DNA from: Alphaproteobacteria bacterium
GTDB taxonomy: Bacteria > Pseudomonadota > Alphaproteobacteria > Bin95
Assembly: GCA_964291285.2 (NCBI GenBank)
Contig: OZ219786.1
Location: 1 to 64,000, forward strand
Length of the DNA stretch: 64,000 nucleotides
Direction: 5' to 3'
Shown: piece by piece, positions 48,660 through 59,716 of the stretch
Layout: each line of letters opens with the position of its first letter
Position numbering within the stretch: position 1 is the first letter of the stretch
The notes under the pieces: generated by a model
Database searches by the model: none
What the model saw: only the letters and a program-made list of their open reading frames with translations
What the model was told of the DNA's origin: nothing
Program-made: the position numbers and the translations under genes

Positions 48660-49397
48660 CTAAACGTGCTGGCCGCCGTTCACATGGATTTCCGCACCGT
48701 TGATGTAGCGCGAGGCTTCCGTGCAAAGGAAGAAGATCGTGTCGGCGACTTCTCCCGGCTCTCCCATGCGGCCGACCGGGATGGCGCGGACGATCTCGTC
48801 CGAACCGGGCGAGAGCATCGGCGTGTCGATTTCGCCGGGCGCGATGGCGTTGACGCGGATGCCGTCAGGTCCGAACTCCGCCGCCATCTCGCGCGTCAGC
48901 GCCGCCAGCGCCGCTTTCGACGTGGCATAGGCGGGCCCGGCGAAGCGATGCACCCGGCCCCCCGCGATCGAGGTGACATTCACCACCGACCCCTTGCCCG
49001 CCGCCAGCTCCGTCGCCAGCCCGCGCGCGAGCATCAGCGGAGCATAGAAGTTGACCTGCATGACATGGTGCCAGGCGCTGAGGCGGGTATTGCGCACGCC
49101 GAGCCTGCCGCCGTCATCGCCCTTGGGCGAGACCGCGGCATTGTTGACCAGCGCATGCACGCGGCCGTCGGTCAGCCGCTTGCGCATTTCCTCGATCGTG
49201 ACGGCGAGCCCTTCGGGGTCCGACAGGTCCACCTCGATATGGTCTTCCGGTCCCGCGCCCCACGGGCATATGCCGCCCGGAAAGGACTGCCGCGAGCAGG
49301 TGATGACGCGCCAGCCGGCATCCATGAACTTGATGGCCGTGGCATGACCGATGCCGCGGCTGGCGCCGGTGAGGATGAGGGTTCGCGTTTCCGACAT
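48660..49397 (-). CDS. SDR family oxidoreductase
   Basis: TGASRGIG; VNNA; YATSK. Confidence 0.92.
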   Translation of the reverse strand: MSETRTLILTGASRGIGHATAIKFMDAGWRVITCSRQSFPGGICPWGAGPEDHIEVDLSDPEGLAVTIEEMRKRLTDGRVHALVNNAAVSPKGDDGGRLGVRNTRLSAWHHVMQVNFYAPLMLARGLATELAAGKGSVVNVTSIAGGRVHRFAGPAYATSKAALAALTREMAAEFGPDGIRVNAIAPGEIDTPMLSPGSDEIVRAIPVGRMGEPGEVADTIFFLCTEASRYINGAEIHVNGGQHV

Positions 49398-49435
49398 GGG
49401 CCTCGGGGCAGCATAAAGGCAATGAAAATCGGGCG

Positions 49436-50995
49436 CTACCACACGCCGATGATGAATCCGCGCTTGCGGCTGCCATCGGTGCGCCGCGCAATCTCGTCGT
49501 CGGAAAGCGTGGTTCGGGTGCGCCGAGCACGGAGCCAGGCGAACAGCCGCTCGTGCAGCTCTGCGCGGGCGGCGGCATGGGCCGGGTCGCCGCCAAGGTC
49601 GGCGAGTTCCAGCGGGTCCGCGGCAAGGTCGAACAATTGCGGCCGGTATCCTTCCCAGAACACATACTTCCAGCGCTCCGTGCGGACCATGTAGCCGCGG
49701 GACTCGTCAACGCCGCGCCCGAGCGTGAGGCGGGCGGCGCGGTGGGCGTAGTCGGTCTCGGAGAACACCGCCTCGCGCCGCTCTGCCTTTTGACCGCGCA
49801 GCAGCGGCAGCAGGGAGCGGCCTTCCACCCGGTGCGGCTGGACCTCGCCGCCCGCCGCCTCCACGAAGGTCGGCACCAGGTCGATCGACTCCACAAGGTC
49901 GTCCACGACCGCGCCGGGGCGCCCGGCCGGGTCGTACAGGATCAGCGGGATGCGCACGCTTTCCTCGTGGAACAGCTCCTTCTCGCCGAGCCAGTGGTCG
50001 CCCAGATAGTCGCCGTGGTCGCTGGTAAAGACGATCATCGTGTCGTCCATCCGGCCCTGGTCCTCCAGGAAGGCGAACAGGCGGCCCATATGGTCGTCGA
50101 TCTCCTTCACCAGCCCCATATAGGCCGGGATCACCGCCCGCCGGACCTCGTCGCGGGCGAAGCTCCGGCTGTCCTCATGGGCCATGAAGGCAGCGTGGAC
50201 CGGATGCGGGTCCCGGCGCTCGTCCTCGTGCCGGTTGGCGGCGATGACGGAGTTGGCCCCGTAGAGGCCGTGATAGGGCGCGGGCGCGATATAGGGCCAG
50301 TGCGGCTTGATGTAGGAAAGATGGAGGCACCAGGGTTCTTCGCCCTGCTCGCGAATGAAGTCCATCGCCCGCCCGGTCATGTAGGCGGTCTCGGAATGCT
50401 CCGCCTTCACGCGGGCGGGCAATGGCGCATAGCGCAGATACCATCCGGAGAGCTGTTCGCCGTCCGGCCCCTCGGCGGAGTTGGCGTAGTCGTGCCAGGG
50501 GTTGGGGCTGTCGTAGCCGTGCTCCCGGAGCCAGCGGTTGTAGGCGAGGTCCGGGTCGGCGGACATGTCGGGATGCAGCCCGTCGTCCCGCTCGTAAGGC
50601 TCGAAACCGCACTCCGACAGCAATATGCCGGTGTTGCTCGCCGGATCGATGCCGAGCCGTTGCATGCCCTCCCGGTCGGCGGCCATATGCGTCTTGCCGA
50701 CCAGCGCCGTCCGCAGCCCGAGCGGACGCAGCCAGTCGCCGAGCGTGAGTTCGCCTACTGCCAGCGGGACATTGTTCCAGGTCGCGCCGTGGCTGAACAT
50801 GTAGCGCCCGGTGTAGAAGGACATGCGCGACGAGCCGCAGATCGGCGACTGGCAGTAGGCGCGGGTAAAGCGCGTTCCCTTCGCCGCCAGGCCGTCCAGA
50901 TGCGGGGTCTCCAGGGCCGGATGCCCGTAGCAGGAGAGATAATCCCAGCGTAGCTGGTCTGTCATGATGAAGAGGATATTGCGGACGCGCGCCAT
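49436..50995 (-). CDS. Sulfatase-family hydrolase (phosphonate monoester hydrolase-like)
   Basis: NILFIMTDQLR; CGSSR (CxxxR); GKTH; KPHWP; SDHGDYLGDH. Confidence 0.9.
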   Translation of the reverse strand: MARVRNILFIMTDQLRWDYLSCYGHPALETPHLDGLAAKGTRFTRAYCQSPICGSSRMSFYTGRYMFSHGATWNNVPLAVGELTLGDWLRPLGLRTALVGKTHMAADREGMQRLGIDPASNTGILLSECGFEPYERDDGLHPDMSADPDLAYNRWLREHGYDSPNPWHDYANSAEGPDGEQLSGWYLRYAPLPARVKAEHSETAYMTGRAMDFIREQGEEPWCLHLSYIKPHWPYIAPAPYHGLYGANSVIAANRHEDERRDPHPVHAAFMAHEDSRSFARDEVRRAVIPAYMGLVKEIDDHMGRLFAFLEDQGRMDDTMIVFTSDHGDYLGDHWLGEKELFHEESVRIPLILYDPAGRPGAVVDDLVESIDLVPTFVEAAGGEVQPHRVEGRSLLPLLRGQKAERREAVFSETDYAHRAARLTLGRGVDESRGYMVRTERWKYVFWEGYRPQLFDLAADPLELADLGGDPAHAAARAELHERLFAWLRARRTRTTLSDDEIARRTDGSRKRGFIIGVW

Positions 50996-51102
50996 TGCGG
51001 ATCGGCTCCCCGGCGGTACGGATATTCCTGAGAGTATAGTGCGCCTCACGCCGGCAGCGCGTATGTCTGGCCCGGCTGCAGCGGGGCGGCGATAATGAGG
51101 CC

Positions 51103-52698
51103 ATGCAGGCAGCCCTGAAGCCGAGCCGGGCGAACCCGGTCTATCCCTTTCGGAAGCCCGCCGATCTCGATGGGCGCGAGCGGCATTACCCCGTCTGCGT
51201 CGTCGGCGCGGGGCCGGTTGGCCTTGCCGCCGCTATCGACCTGAAGCTCCGGGGCGTCGATGCCGTGCTTGTGGACGAGGACGACACGGTAAGCGCCGGC
51301 TCGCGGCTCATCTGCCTCGCCAAGCGAACTCTGGAGATTCTCGCGCGCCTCGGCATCGGCCCCGAACTGGCCGCGAAGGGCGTCGTCTGGAACCGCGGCA
51401 AGGTCTTCCACGGCGACGAACTCATCTACGCCTTCGACCTGTTGCCCGAAGAAGGGCACCGCTGGCCGGCGTTCATCAATATCCAGCAATACTATGTCGA
51501 GGAGTATCTGGTGGAACGCGCCCGGTCGCTCGGCCTCGATCTGCGCTGGAAGACGCGGCTCACCGGGGTCGAGGAGCAGGACGGCGGCGTCCGCGTTCAG
51601 GTCTCGACGCCGGCAGGCGGCTACGCCTTCACCTGCGACTGGCTGCTGGCCTGCGACGGCGTGCGCTCCACCGTGCGCGGCGGCCTGGAGCTTCCGTTTC
51701 GCGGGCAGTCCTTTCCGGACCGTTTCCTGATCGCCGATGTCCGGATGAAGTCGGAGTTCCCGGCGGAACGGCGCTTCTGGTTCGATCCGCCCTTCCATGC
51801 GGGCCGCTCGGCGCTGCTTCACAAGCAGCCTGACGACATCTGGCGTATCGACCTCCAGCTCGGCCCCGACGCCGACCCCGACGAAGAAGCGAAGCCTGAA
51901 AGGGTGCTCCCGCGCATCCGGGCAATGATCGGCCCCGATACGCCCTTCGATCTGGAATGGGTCTCCGTCTATACCTTCCGCTGCCGCCGGCTGGAGCGGT
52001 TCCGCCACGGCCGCACCTTCTTTCTGGGAGACGCCGCGCACCAGGTCTCCCCCTTCGGTGCGCGCGGCGGTAATGGCGGAATCCAGGACGCCGACAACCT
52101 TGCCTGGAAGCTGGCTGAAACGATCCGCGGCCGCGCCGGGGCCGCGCTGCTCGACAGCTACGAGGCGGAGCGCATTCCCGCCGCCGACGAGAATATCCTG
52201 AACTCCTCGCGCTCGACCGATTTCATGACGCCGGTCGGCGGGGCGGCCGAGGCATTCCGGGACGCGGCGCTTACGCTTGCGCGCCGGCATGATTTCGCCC
52301 GCGCCTTCGTGAACAGCGGCCGGCTCTCGGTGCCGGCGCTCCTGGCGGCGTCTCCGCTTTCGACTCCCGACGAGCCGGAATGGGCCGGTTTCCAGGGACC
52401 GATGCAGCCTGGCGCGGCGGCCGTCGATGCGCCTCTCGGGAACGGCTGGTGGCTGGACCGACTGGACGGCGGTTTCTCTCTGCTGCACTTCGCGGAGCCG
52501 CGCGAGGCGGCTGCGGTGCTGGACAGGAAGTTGCCCGTCCATTGCGCGCGGCCGGAGGGTCTTCTGGCGTCGCGCTATGACGGGCGGCCCGGCACGACCT
52601 GGCTGTTCCGCCCCGACCAGCATGTCGCCGCGCGCTGGCGGCGCTTTGATCCCCTGCGCATCGACGCGGCTGTGGGTCGGGCGCGAGGCTGTCGGTGA
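51103..52698 (+). CDS. FAD-dependent aromatic monooxygenase
   Basis: VVGAGPVG; ACDG.RS; GDAAH.VSPFGARG.N.G.QDA.NL.WKL. Confidence 0.92.
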   Translation: MQAALKPSRANPVYPFRKPADLDGRERHYPVCVVGAGPVGLAAAIDLKLRGVDAVLVDEDDTVSAGSRLICLAKRTLEILARLGIGPELAAKGVVWNRGKVFHGDELIYAFDLLPEEGHRWPAFINIQQYYVEEYLVERARSLGLDLRWKTRLTGVEEQDGGVRVQVSTPAGGYAFTCDWLLACDGVRSTVRGGLELPFRGQSFPDRFLIADVRMKSEFPAERRFWFDPPFHAGRSALLHKQPDDIWRIDLQLGPDADPDEEAKPERVLPRIRAMIGPDTPFDLEWVSVYTFRCRRLERFRHGRTFFLGDAAHQVSPFGARGGNGGIQDADNLAWKLAETIRGRAGAALLDSYEAERIPAADENILNSSRSTDFMTPVGGAAEAFRDAALTLARRHDFARAFVNSGRLSVPALLAASPLSTPDEPEWAGFQGPMQPGAAAVDAPLGNGWWLDRLDGGFSLLHFAEPREAAAVLDRKLPVHCARPEGLLASRYDGRPGTTWLFRPDQHVAARWRRFDPLRIDAAVGRARGCR

Positions 52699-52871
52699 AG
52701 CGTGCAGACGACATATATGCGGCCCTGGTGGACGCCTACCGGGGGCTGGACGAGGCGGAAAGCCGGAGGCTCGATGCGCGCCTCATCCTGCTGCTGGCCA
52801 ACGAGGTCGACGACGCTGAACGAGTGCTCGCGCTGATTGAGGAAGCACGCGCCGCGGGTGACGCTTCCTGA
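52695..52871 (+). CDS. DUF2783 domain protein (58 aa, below the ORF-track cutoff)
   Basis: GTGA overlap; ADDIYAALVDAYRGL..AES..LDARLILLLANEV; this family commonly follows this monooxygenase. Confidence 0.8.
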   Translation: MKRADDIYAALVDAYRGLDEAESRRLDARLILLLANEVDDAERVLALIEEARAAGDAS

Positions 52872-52898
52872 AGCGGGTCAGGCGGGCCCGCCGCGGCC

Positions 52899-53729
52899 TT
52901 AGCGTCGGTCGGTCGTTGCGCCTTCCTCGCCCCGCCGCAGAGGCTGGAGCAGCATTCTGTGCAGATGCAGGTCTTCGCGTCGCCGAAACACCGAAAGGCC
53001 GATCGTCATTCCTTCGTGGCCGAGGCGCGGCTGCGCCCGGTAGGTGCCGAACAGGCGGTCCCACCAGGGCAGGTTGAAACCGAAATTGCTGTCCGTCTCG
53101 GCGGGAATGTCGGAATGATGGACCCGGTGCATGTCCGGCGTAACCACGATCCACCGCAGCATGCGGTCCAGCCATGCCGGCAGCCGCACATTGCCGTGGT
53201 TGAACATCGAGGTCCCGTTCAACAGGACCTCGAAGACGAGCACCGCGACTGCCGGCGGGCCGAGAAGGGCGACCGCCGCCATCTTGATCGCGACCGACAC
53301 GAGGATCTCGACCGGATGGAACCGCGTTCCGGTGGTCACGTCGAAATCGAGATCGGCGTGGTGCATGCGGTGCAGCCGCCAGAGCGCGGGCACCGCATGG
53401 AACATCACATGCTGGAGGTAGATCGCGAGGTCGAGCACGACGACCGCCAGCACGACTTCCAGCCAAAATGGCAATTCGACGAGATTGAGAAGGCCCCAGC
53501 CCCGGCTTTCGGCAATGACGGCCAATGCAACCGGCAGCAGCGGGACGAGCAGCCACACCAGCGCCGTGTTCAACGCCGTCAGGCCCAGATTGGCATACCA
53601 GCGCAGCCAGCGCGGGTGGATCAGCCGCCTGCGCGGGCGAGCGAGCTCCCACAAGGCCACAATGGCAAGAATGCCGAAGAAGAACCCCAGCCGGACCGCC
53701 GTTTCGTCAGCCTCGCCAAGCTCCGGCAT
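52899..53729 (-). CDS. Sterol desaturase / fatty acid hydroxylase family protein
   Basis: His boxes H..FH, HRMHH and HRVHH; NFG..L.WWDRLFGT. Confidence 0.92.
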   Translation of the reverse strand: MPELGEADETAVRLGFFFGILAIVALWELARPRRRLIHPRWLRWYANLGLTALNTALVWLLVPLLPVALAVIAESRGWGLLNLVELPFWLEVVLAVVVLDLAIYLQHVMFHAVPALWRLHRMHHADLDFDVTTGTRFHPVEILVSVAIKMAAVALLGPPAVAVLVFEVLLNGTSMFNHGNVRLPAWLDRMLRWIVVTPDMHRVHHSDIPAETDSNFGFNLPWWDRLFGTYRAQPRLGHEGMTIGLSVFRRREDLHLHRMLLQPLRRGEEGATTDRR

Positions 53730-53834
53730 TCCTCAACCCCGACGAGCGGTTATCGAGCGGTCGGCCCCACATCGCCACCCACGCGATGCACGCGATTCAG
53801 AGTATCAGACGGGCCGGTCCTGCGCGATGCCGGG

Positions 53835-55088
53835 TTAGCCGACCGGGCGGCTTTCGGCGTCGAATCGGTCTGGCGCGGGATCGACGATGCGAGGGCCGCC
53901 CGGCACGATCTCGAATATGGCGAGCGCCCGCTGGATAGCGCCGTCCGGTCGGAACCGGAAAAAGCCACCGGCGCCGAAGAAGCCGTCGGGGGCGGTAAGC
54001 ATTGCGGCATCGAGCCCGTCGCCACGCCGATCCTCCGCCAGCATGGCGGCAATCGCGGTCGCATCGTAGGCAAGCCCGGCCAGACGGGGCGGCGCTGTGC
54101 CGTACACGGCCTTGTAGCGGCGGGAGAAGAGATCGAACGCTTCCGGCGGCGGGCCCGCATACCACGCCCCAACGAGACTCGGCTCGTCAAGCGGAAGCCG
54201 GTCGGGCCTGACGCCCGTCGCCAGATAGCGCGCCTTGTTCGGGTCTATCCCGTGAAAGGCGAGCAGCGCCGCCGTCGAACGCAGCGCCTCGCCCTCCGCG
54301 GCGATCAGCACGGCGTCGAAAGGCGGGGGCCGTTCCTTGGTCTCCGGCGTGCGTTTGGCCGGCGCGCCGGCGAACACGCGCACCCGTTCGGACAGCGCCT
54401 TCGCGTCGAGGCCGGGGGAGATTGTGCCGCTGCGGACCACGATAACGCCGTGCCTGCGGGCGGCGCGCTCGGCGGCCTGGATCGCGTAGCGGCCGAAGTC
54501 CGTGTCGTAGGCAAGCAGGCCCAGCCGTTTCCGGCCTTCGGAAGCGGCATGGCCCACCAGCCGCTCCACCTCGTCTTCGGGCAAGGGACCGAAGAGCCAC
54601 ACACCCGGCCTGAGCGCCGCGCGGTCGTTCGAGAACGCGAAGACAGGGAGAGGCCGCGCCCGCACCGCCTCGGCCGCCGCCGATACATTCGAGCCGAAAA
54701 TCGGGCCGAGCATCGCTCCGGCACCACGCTGCATGGACTGCCGGGCCGCCTCGACCGCGCCGGCCGGGTTCCCCCGGGTATCCAGCGGTATCAGCACGAA
54801 GTCCTCGCCCGCGGCGTCGTAGAGCGCCAATTGGGCCGCGTTCAGCATGGCCGCGCCGAACTCCGCATGGCGGCCAGAAAACGGCGCCAGCAACGCAGCG
54901 CGGAACACTGACGGCGAAGAAGGTGCGGAAGCCCGCGCTTGCGGCTTCGGAGCAGGCGGGGCAGCCGCCGCCGGTGCTTTCGCGGGGGGCTTCGGCAGGC
55001 TAGGCTTGCCCGTTCCCGAGTGCTGACAGGCAGCAACCGCCATGCCGAGCAGCGCGAAAGAGGCGTAGCGCCAATATGCCGTGTTCAC
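53835..55088 (-). CDS. Penicillin-binding protein activator (LpoA-like lipoprotein)
   Basis: Lipobox AVAAC; ALLAP.SG; GPIF; LAYDA; divergent from rsmI; start approximate. Confidence 0.8.
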   Translation of the reverse strand: MNTAYWRYASFALLGMAVAACQHSGTGKPSLPKPPAKAPAAAAPPAPKPQARASAPSSPSVFRAALLAPFSGRHAEFGAAMLNAAQLALYDAAGEDFVLIPLDTRGNPAGAVEAARQSMQRGAGAMLGPIFGSNVSAAAEAVRARPLPVFAFSNDRAALRPGVWLFGPLPEDEVERLVGHAASEGRKRLGLLAYDTDFGRYAIQAAERAARRHGVIVVRSGTISPGLDAKALSERVRVFAGAPAKRTPETKERPPPFDAVLIAAEGEALRSTAALLAFHGIDPNKARYLATGVRPDRLPLDEPSLVGAWYAGPPPEAFDLFSRRYKAVYGTAPPRLAGLAYDATAIAAMLAEDRRGDGLDAAMLTAPDGFFGAGGFFRFRPDGAIQRALAIFEIVPGGPRIVDPAPDRFDAESRPVG

Positions 55089-55165
55089 GACCCGTCTCCG
55101 ACGGAGCAACCGGATGCGAAGCTAACGCTCCCAGCCCGGCGCGTAAAGCATCGGGCGATCCGGAA

Positions 55166-56002
55166 GTGCGCCTGCCGGCGGGCCTGTATCTGGTGGCGAC
55201 GCCGATCGGCAACGCGCGCGACATCACGCTTCGTACCCTCGACATTCTGGCTGCCGCCGATCTCGTTGCCTGCGAGGATACGCGCGTGACCCGCCGCCTC
55301 CTTCGGATTCACGGGCTGAAGGCGCGCCTCACCGCCTATCACGACCACAATGCGGAGCGGGTGCGGCCGAAACTCCTTGCTGCCATCCGGGCAGGAAAAG
55401 CCGTGGCGCTGGCGAGCGACGCAGGGATGCCGCTTGTCTCGGACCCCGGTTTCGGCCTTGTGCGCGCGGTCCGGACGGAAGGACTAGCGGTGACTTCGGC
55501 GCCGGGGGCGAATGCGGCGCTGACGGCCCTACAGCTTTCGGGCCTGGCGCCGGACCGGTTCGGCTTCCTGGCCTTCCTGCCGCCGAGACGGCCGGCCCGC
55601 CGGCGCGCGCTTGCGCCCTGGGCCGAAACACCGGCAACACTGCTCGTCTATGAGGCGGGAACGCGGCTTGCTGCCTGCCTCGCGGACATGGCGGCAGTGC
55701 TGGGCGCGCGCGAGGCGGCAGTCGCGCGCGAACTTACGAAACGCCATGAGGAGGTCGTTCGCGGCCCGCTCGACGAGCTTGCGGCGCGCTATACGGAGGC
55801 CGGGCCGCCGAAGGGTGAAATCGTCATCGTCGTCGGGCCGCCCGCGGAGGCGGCGCCCGCCGAGATTCCCGATGCACTGCTTGCAGAACGGATCGCGGCG
55901 CTCGGCCTTTCACGCGCGGCGGGCGAACTGGCGTCGGCTTCGGGGCGGCCCCGGCGCGACGTCTACCGGCGCGGACTCGAATTGCTTGCCCGTGACGGGT
56001 GA
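55166..56002 (+). CDS. rsmI: 16S rRNA (C1402) 2'-O-methyltransferase
   Basis: LYLVATPIGN..DITLR; CEDTR; SDAGMP..SDPG; ARELTK. Confidence 0.95.
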   Translation: MRLPAGLYLVATPIGNARDITLRTLDILAAADLVACEDTRVTRRLLRIHGLKARLTAYHDHNAERVRPKLLAAIRAGKAVALASDAGMPLVSDPGFGLVRAVRTEGLAVTSAPGANAALTALQLSGLAPDRFGFLAFLPPRRPARRRALAPWAETPATLLVYEAGTRLAACLADMAAVLGAREAAVARELTKRHEEVVRGPLDELAARYTEAGPPKGEIVIVVGPPAEAAPAEIPDALLAERIAALGLSRAAGELASASGRPRRDVYRRGLELLARDG

Positions 56003-56363
56003 CAGCCGCGGCCGCCGGGCCGAGCGCATCGCTGCCTGGCGGCTGCGCCTTGCGGGCTACCGCGTTCTGGTGCGCCGCTACAGGACCCCGGTCGGCGAGA
56101 TCGACCTGATCGCGCGGCGCGGCCGGCGGCTGGTCATGGTCGAGGTCAAGGCACGCCCGACCGAGGCGCTGGCGCGGCAGGCAGTGCCTCAACGCCAGCG
56201 TCACCGCATCACAATGGCCGCGCGGCATTTCCTTGCGGCCAATCCCCGCTACCGCGACTGGCCCGTCCGGTTCGATGTCGTTGCCGTGGTGCCGGGGCGG
56301 CTGCCCATCATAATCCCCGATGCCTGGAGGGACGGTGACAGCCGCCCCAGGCGGGTCGCATGA
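55992..56363 (+). CDS. yraN: YraN (UPF0102) family protein
   Basis: GRRAE..A; GEIDLIA; VEVKAR; RFDV. Confidence 0.9.
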   Translation: MTGDSRGRRAERIAAWRLRLAGYRVLVRRYRTPVGEIDLIARRGRRLVMVEVKARPTEALARQAVPQRQRHRITMAARHFLAANPRYRDWPVRFDVVAVVPGRLPIIIPDAWRDGDSRPRRVA

Positions 56364-57139
56364 CCCCGGCCGAAGCCGAGCTCCACCGGATCGGCGAATG
56401 TGGCGAAGAGCCATTCGACATCGGCGAAGCGGCCCTGCTGCTCGGCTCGTTCGACCGGCCGGGCGTGCCGCTGGACCGCTACCGCGCGCATTTCGACGAG
56501 CTGGCGGAGGCGGCGGGAAGTCCGGGCCGCCTTGCCGACACGCTTGGCGGCGCGTTCGGCTATACAGGCGACCGCGCGACCTATGACGACCTGCAGAACG
56601 CCAATCTCCTGCGCGTGATCGACCGTCGCCGGGGCCTGCCGGTCGCGCTCGGCATCCTCTATATGGCGGTAGGGCGGCGGCTTGGCGCCCATGTCGAGGG
56701 GCTCGACTTTCCCGGCCACTTCCTCATCCGGGTGGACAGGGCGGAGATCGTCGATCCGTTCGAACGGGGCGCGTCGCGGGACCCGCCGGCGCTCAGGCAG
56801 TTGCTAAAGGCGGCTTACGGCGCTTCGGCAGAACTCGAAGCGGCGCATTTCCGCACGGCCGTGGACCGCAGCGTGCTGCTGAGGTTGCAGAACAATATCC
56901 GCTTGCGCCTCGCGCGCCGCCGGCAATTCGAAGCGGCGCTTGCCGTGCTCGAACGCATGACCTGGATCGCGCCCGGCCTTGCGGAGCTGGTGCGCGAGCG
57001 GGCAATGCTGGAAGCCGCGCTCGGCCGCTTCAAGGGCGCGGTCGAAAGCCTAGAACGCTATATCGCGATGGAACCCGCCGACGGCGCCCGACTCGAAGCC
57101 GCGACCCTGATCCAGCGCTTCCGCGCCCGCCTCAACTGA
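56360..57139 (+). CDS. SirB1/transglutaminase-like TPR protein
   Basis: Y.D..N..L.RV..RR.GLP..L; FPGHFL; RLQNNI. Confidence 0.88.
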   Translation: MTPAEAELHRIGECGEEPFDIGEAALLLGSFDRPGVPLDRYRAHFDELAEAAGSPGRLADTLGGAFGYTGDRATYDDLQNANLLRVIDRRRGLPVALGILYMAVGRRLGAHVEGLDFPGHFLIRVDRAEIVDPFERGASRDPPALRQLLKAAYGASAELEAAHFRTAVDRSVLLRLQNNIRLRLARRRQFEAALAVLERMTWIAPGLAELVRERAMLEAALGRFKGAVESLERYIAMEPADGARLEAATLIQRFRARLN

Positions 57140-57228
57140 CGGGGCGGTGCACAACCCCGTGCGCGGCGGAATGGAGCGCGATATGATGCGCGGGCGTTCT
57201 GCATTTCCCGGACCGGATTCCTGCCCCC

Positions 57229-58197
57229 ATGACCCTCGCCGTCGCCGTCCAGATGGACCCTATCGAGAGCGTCGATATCGACGCCGACAGCACCTTTGCG
57301 CTCTGCCTGGAAGCCCAGGCGCGCGGCTGTTCGCTGTTCCACTACCTGCCGGATGCGCTCGTCTTCCGGGACGGGCGGCTGACGGCGCGCGGCCGGCCGA
57401 TGACGCTCAAGCGGGAGAAGGGCCGTCACGCCGCGCTCGGCGCAGCGGAGACGGTGGACCTAGCGGGCGTCGATGTCGTGATGATGCGCCAGGACCCGCC
57501 CTTCGACATGTCCTACATCACCGCGACGCACCTGCTGGAGCACATTCACCCGGGGACGCTGGTGGTGAACGACCCGGCTTCCGTGCGCAATGCGCCCGAG
57601 AAGCTGTTCGTCACCCATTTCGAAGGCGTGATGCCGCCGACCCTGATTACCCGCGACGAGGCTGAGATCGCCGCCTTCCGCGAGGAGCACCGCGACATCA
57701 TCCTCAAGCCGCTGTTCGGCAATGGCGGCGCTGGCGTCTTCCACCTGCGCGAGGACGACGAGAACCTGAACGCGCTGGTCGAAATGTTCCTGACGTCTTC
57801 GAGGGACCCCATTATCGCCCAGCGTTACCTGCCGGAAGTGCGGGAAGGCGACAAGCGCATCATCCTTGTCGAAGGCGAAGCCGTCGGCGCTATCAACCGC
57901 ATTCCCGCCGCCGGCGAGTCGCGGGCTAACATGCATGTCGGCGGCAGGCCGGTGCGGAGCGATCTGACCGCGCGAGAGGCCGAGATCTGCGAGATCATCG
58001 GCCCGGCCTTGCGGGAGCGCGGGCTCACCTTCGTCGGCATCGACGTCATCGGCGGCTATCTCACCGAGATCAACGTCACCTCGCCCACCGGCATCCAGGA
58101 GATCGAGCGCTTCGACGGCGTACGGATCGCCGCGCTCATCTGGGACGCGATCGAGGAGCGCCTTGCAGGGCAGAGCAGCGCGGGGCCGGCGCGGTGA
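57229..58197 (+). CDS. gshB: Glutathione synthetase
   Basis: QMDPI; MRQDPPFD; RNAPEK; GDKRI; EINVTSPTG. Confidence 0.97.
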   Translation: MTLAVAVQMDPIESVDIDADSTFALCLEAQARGCSLFHYLPDALVFRDGRLTARGRPMTLKREKGRHAALGAAETVDLAGVDVVMMRQDPPFDMSYITATHLLEHIHPGTLVVNDPASVRNAPEKLFVTHFEGVMPPTLITRDEAEIAAFREEHRDIILKPLFGNGGAGVFHLREDDENLNALVEMFLTSSRDPIIAQRYLPEVREGDKRIILVEGEAVGAINRIPAAGESRANMHVGGRPVRSDLTAREAEICEIIGPALRERGLTFVGIDVIGGYLTEINVTSPTGIQEIERFDGVRIAALIWDAIEERLAGQSSAGPAR

Positions 58198-59708
58198 GCG
58201 GCCGCCCGGCGGTCGCGCATGTCGCGACGGTCGCCTTCGACGGCATCGAGGTGCGCGAGGTCGATGTCCAGGTGCATCTGGGCGGCGGGATCGTGGCGTT
58301 CAACGTCGTCGGCCTGCCGGACAAGGCGGTCGCGGAAAGCCGCGAGCGGGTGCGGGCTGCGCTCGCCGCCATCGGTCTCGGACTGCCGGCGGAGCGCATC
58401 ACCGTCAATCTCGCCCCGGCCGACCTCCAGAAGGAAGGCAGCCATTTCGACCTGCCCATCGCGCTCGGCCTGCTGGCGGCCATGGGAGTCGTGCAGGTCG
58501 AGGATATCGCCGGCCATATCGCGCTCGGCGAACTCGGCCTCGACGGCGCGCTCAACGAAGTCGCGGGCGTTCTGTCGGCCGCCATGTCGGCGGTGGAGTC
58601 GCACCGCGGCCTGATCTGCCCCGCGAGCAACGGCCCGGAAGCCGCCTGGGCGGGCGATCTGGAGGTCCTGGCGCCGAAGACGCTGCTCGCATTGCTCAAC
58701 CATTTCCGGGGCCGGCAGGTGCTGGCGCCGCCCGAACCCGGCGAAGTCGCCTCGGAGGCGGATACACTCGACCTTCACGACATCAAAGGGCAGGAGACCG
58801 CCAAACGGGCGCTGGAGATCGCGGCGGCGGGCGGCCATAACCTGCTCTTTTCGGGGCCGCCGGGCGCCGGCAAGTCGATGCTGGCGGCCCGCCTGCCGGG
58901 TGTGCTGCCTCCGCTCCAGCCGGCCGAGGCGCTGGAGGTGTCGAGGATTCACAGCGCCGCAGGCGCGCTTGAAGCCGGGCGCATACCGCGCCGGCGTCCT
59001 TTCCGGGACCCGCACCATTCCTCGTCTATGACGGCCCTGGTCGGCGGCGGGCAGCGCGCCACGCCGGGAGAGATTTCGCTGGCGCATCGCGGTGTGTTGT
59101 TCCTCGATGAACTGCCCGAATTCGTCCGGCCCGCGCTGGAGGCGCTCAGGCAGCCGCTGGAAGTCGGCAGGGTGACCATCGCGCGCGCCAACCGGCATGT
59201 CGTCTATCCGGCTCGCTTCCAGCTCGTGGCCGCGATGAACCCCTGCCGCTGCGGCCATATCGACGAACCGGACCGCGCCTGCAACCGTGCGCCCCGCTGC
59301 GCGGCGGACTACCGCCGCCGCCTTTCCGGCCCGCTGCTGGACCGCTTCGATCTCTTCGTGGACGTGCCGCGCGTCGCGGCTGCGGACCTCGCGCTGCCGC
59401 CGCCGGCCGAGAGCAGCCGGCATGTCGCGGCCCGCGTGACGGAGGCCCGCGGCAGGCAGGCGGCGCGTTACGGGGAGCCCGCCCTGAACGGCGATATCGA
59501 CGGCGCGCGGCTCGCCGAGGCGGCGGCTCCGGACGAGGCGGGCGCGTCCCTCCTGCAAAGCGCAACAGAGCGCCTGCGGCTTTCGGCGCGCGGCTACCAC
59601 CGCGTGCTCCGCGTGGCACGCACGCTGGCCGACATGGACGCAAGCGGCCGGGTGGGCCGGCTGCATATCGCGGAGGCGCTGAGCTACCGCCAGGGGCTGG
59701 CGGGTTGA
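58194..59708 (+). CDS. comM: YifB/ComM Mg-chelatase-like AAA ATPase
   Basis: VGLPD..V.ES.ERV; NLAPA...KEG..FDLPIA; GPPGAGKSM; LFLDELPEF; AMNPC.CG. Confidence 0.92.
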   Translation: MSGRPAVAHVATVAFDGIEVREVDVQVHLGGGIVAFNVVGLPDKAVAESRERVRAALAAIGLGLPAERITVNLAPADLQKEGSHFDLPIALGLLAAMGVVQVEDIAGHIALGELGLDGALNEVAGVLSAAMSAVESHRGLICPASNGPEAAWAGDLEVLAPKTLLALLNHFRGRQVLAPPEPGEVASEADTLDLHDIKGQETAKRALEIAAAGGHNLLFSGPPGAGKSMLAARLPGVLPPLQPAEALEVSRIHSAAGALEAGRIPRRRPFRDPHHSSSMTALVGGGQRATPGEISLAHRGVLFLDELPEFVRPALEALRQPLEVGRVTIARANRHVVYPARFQLVAAMNPCRCGHIDEPDRACNRAPRCAADYRRRLSGPLLDRFDLFVDVPRVAAADLALPPPAESSRHVAARVTEARGRQAARYGEPALNGDIDGARLAEAAAPDEAGASLLQSATERLRLSARGYHRVLRVARTLADMDASGRVGRLHIAEALSYRQGLAG

Positions 59709-59716
59709 CGGCCGTC

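Noticed and set aside
44112-49694. 969-aa minus-strand and 888-aa plus-strand ORFs
   Set aside because: Antisense shadows of the amidase, SDR, mnmA and neighbouring genes.
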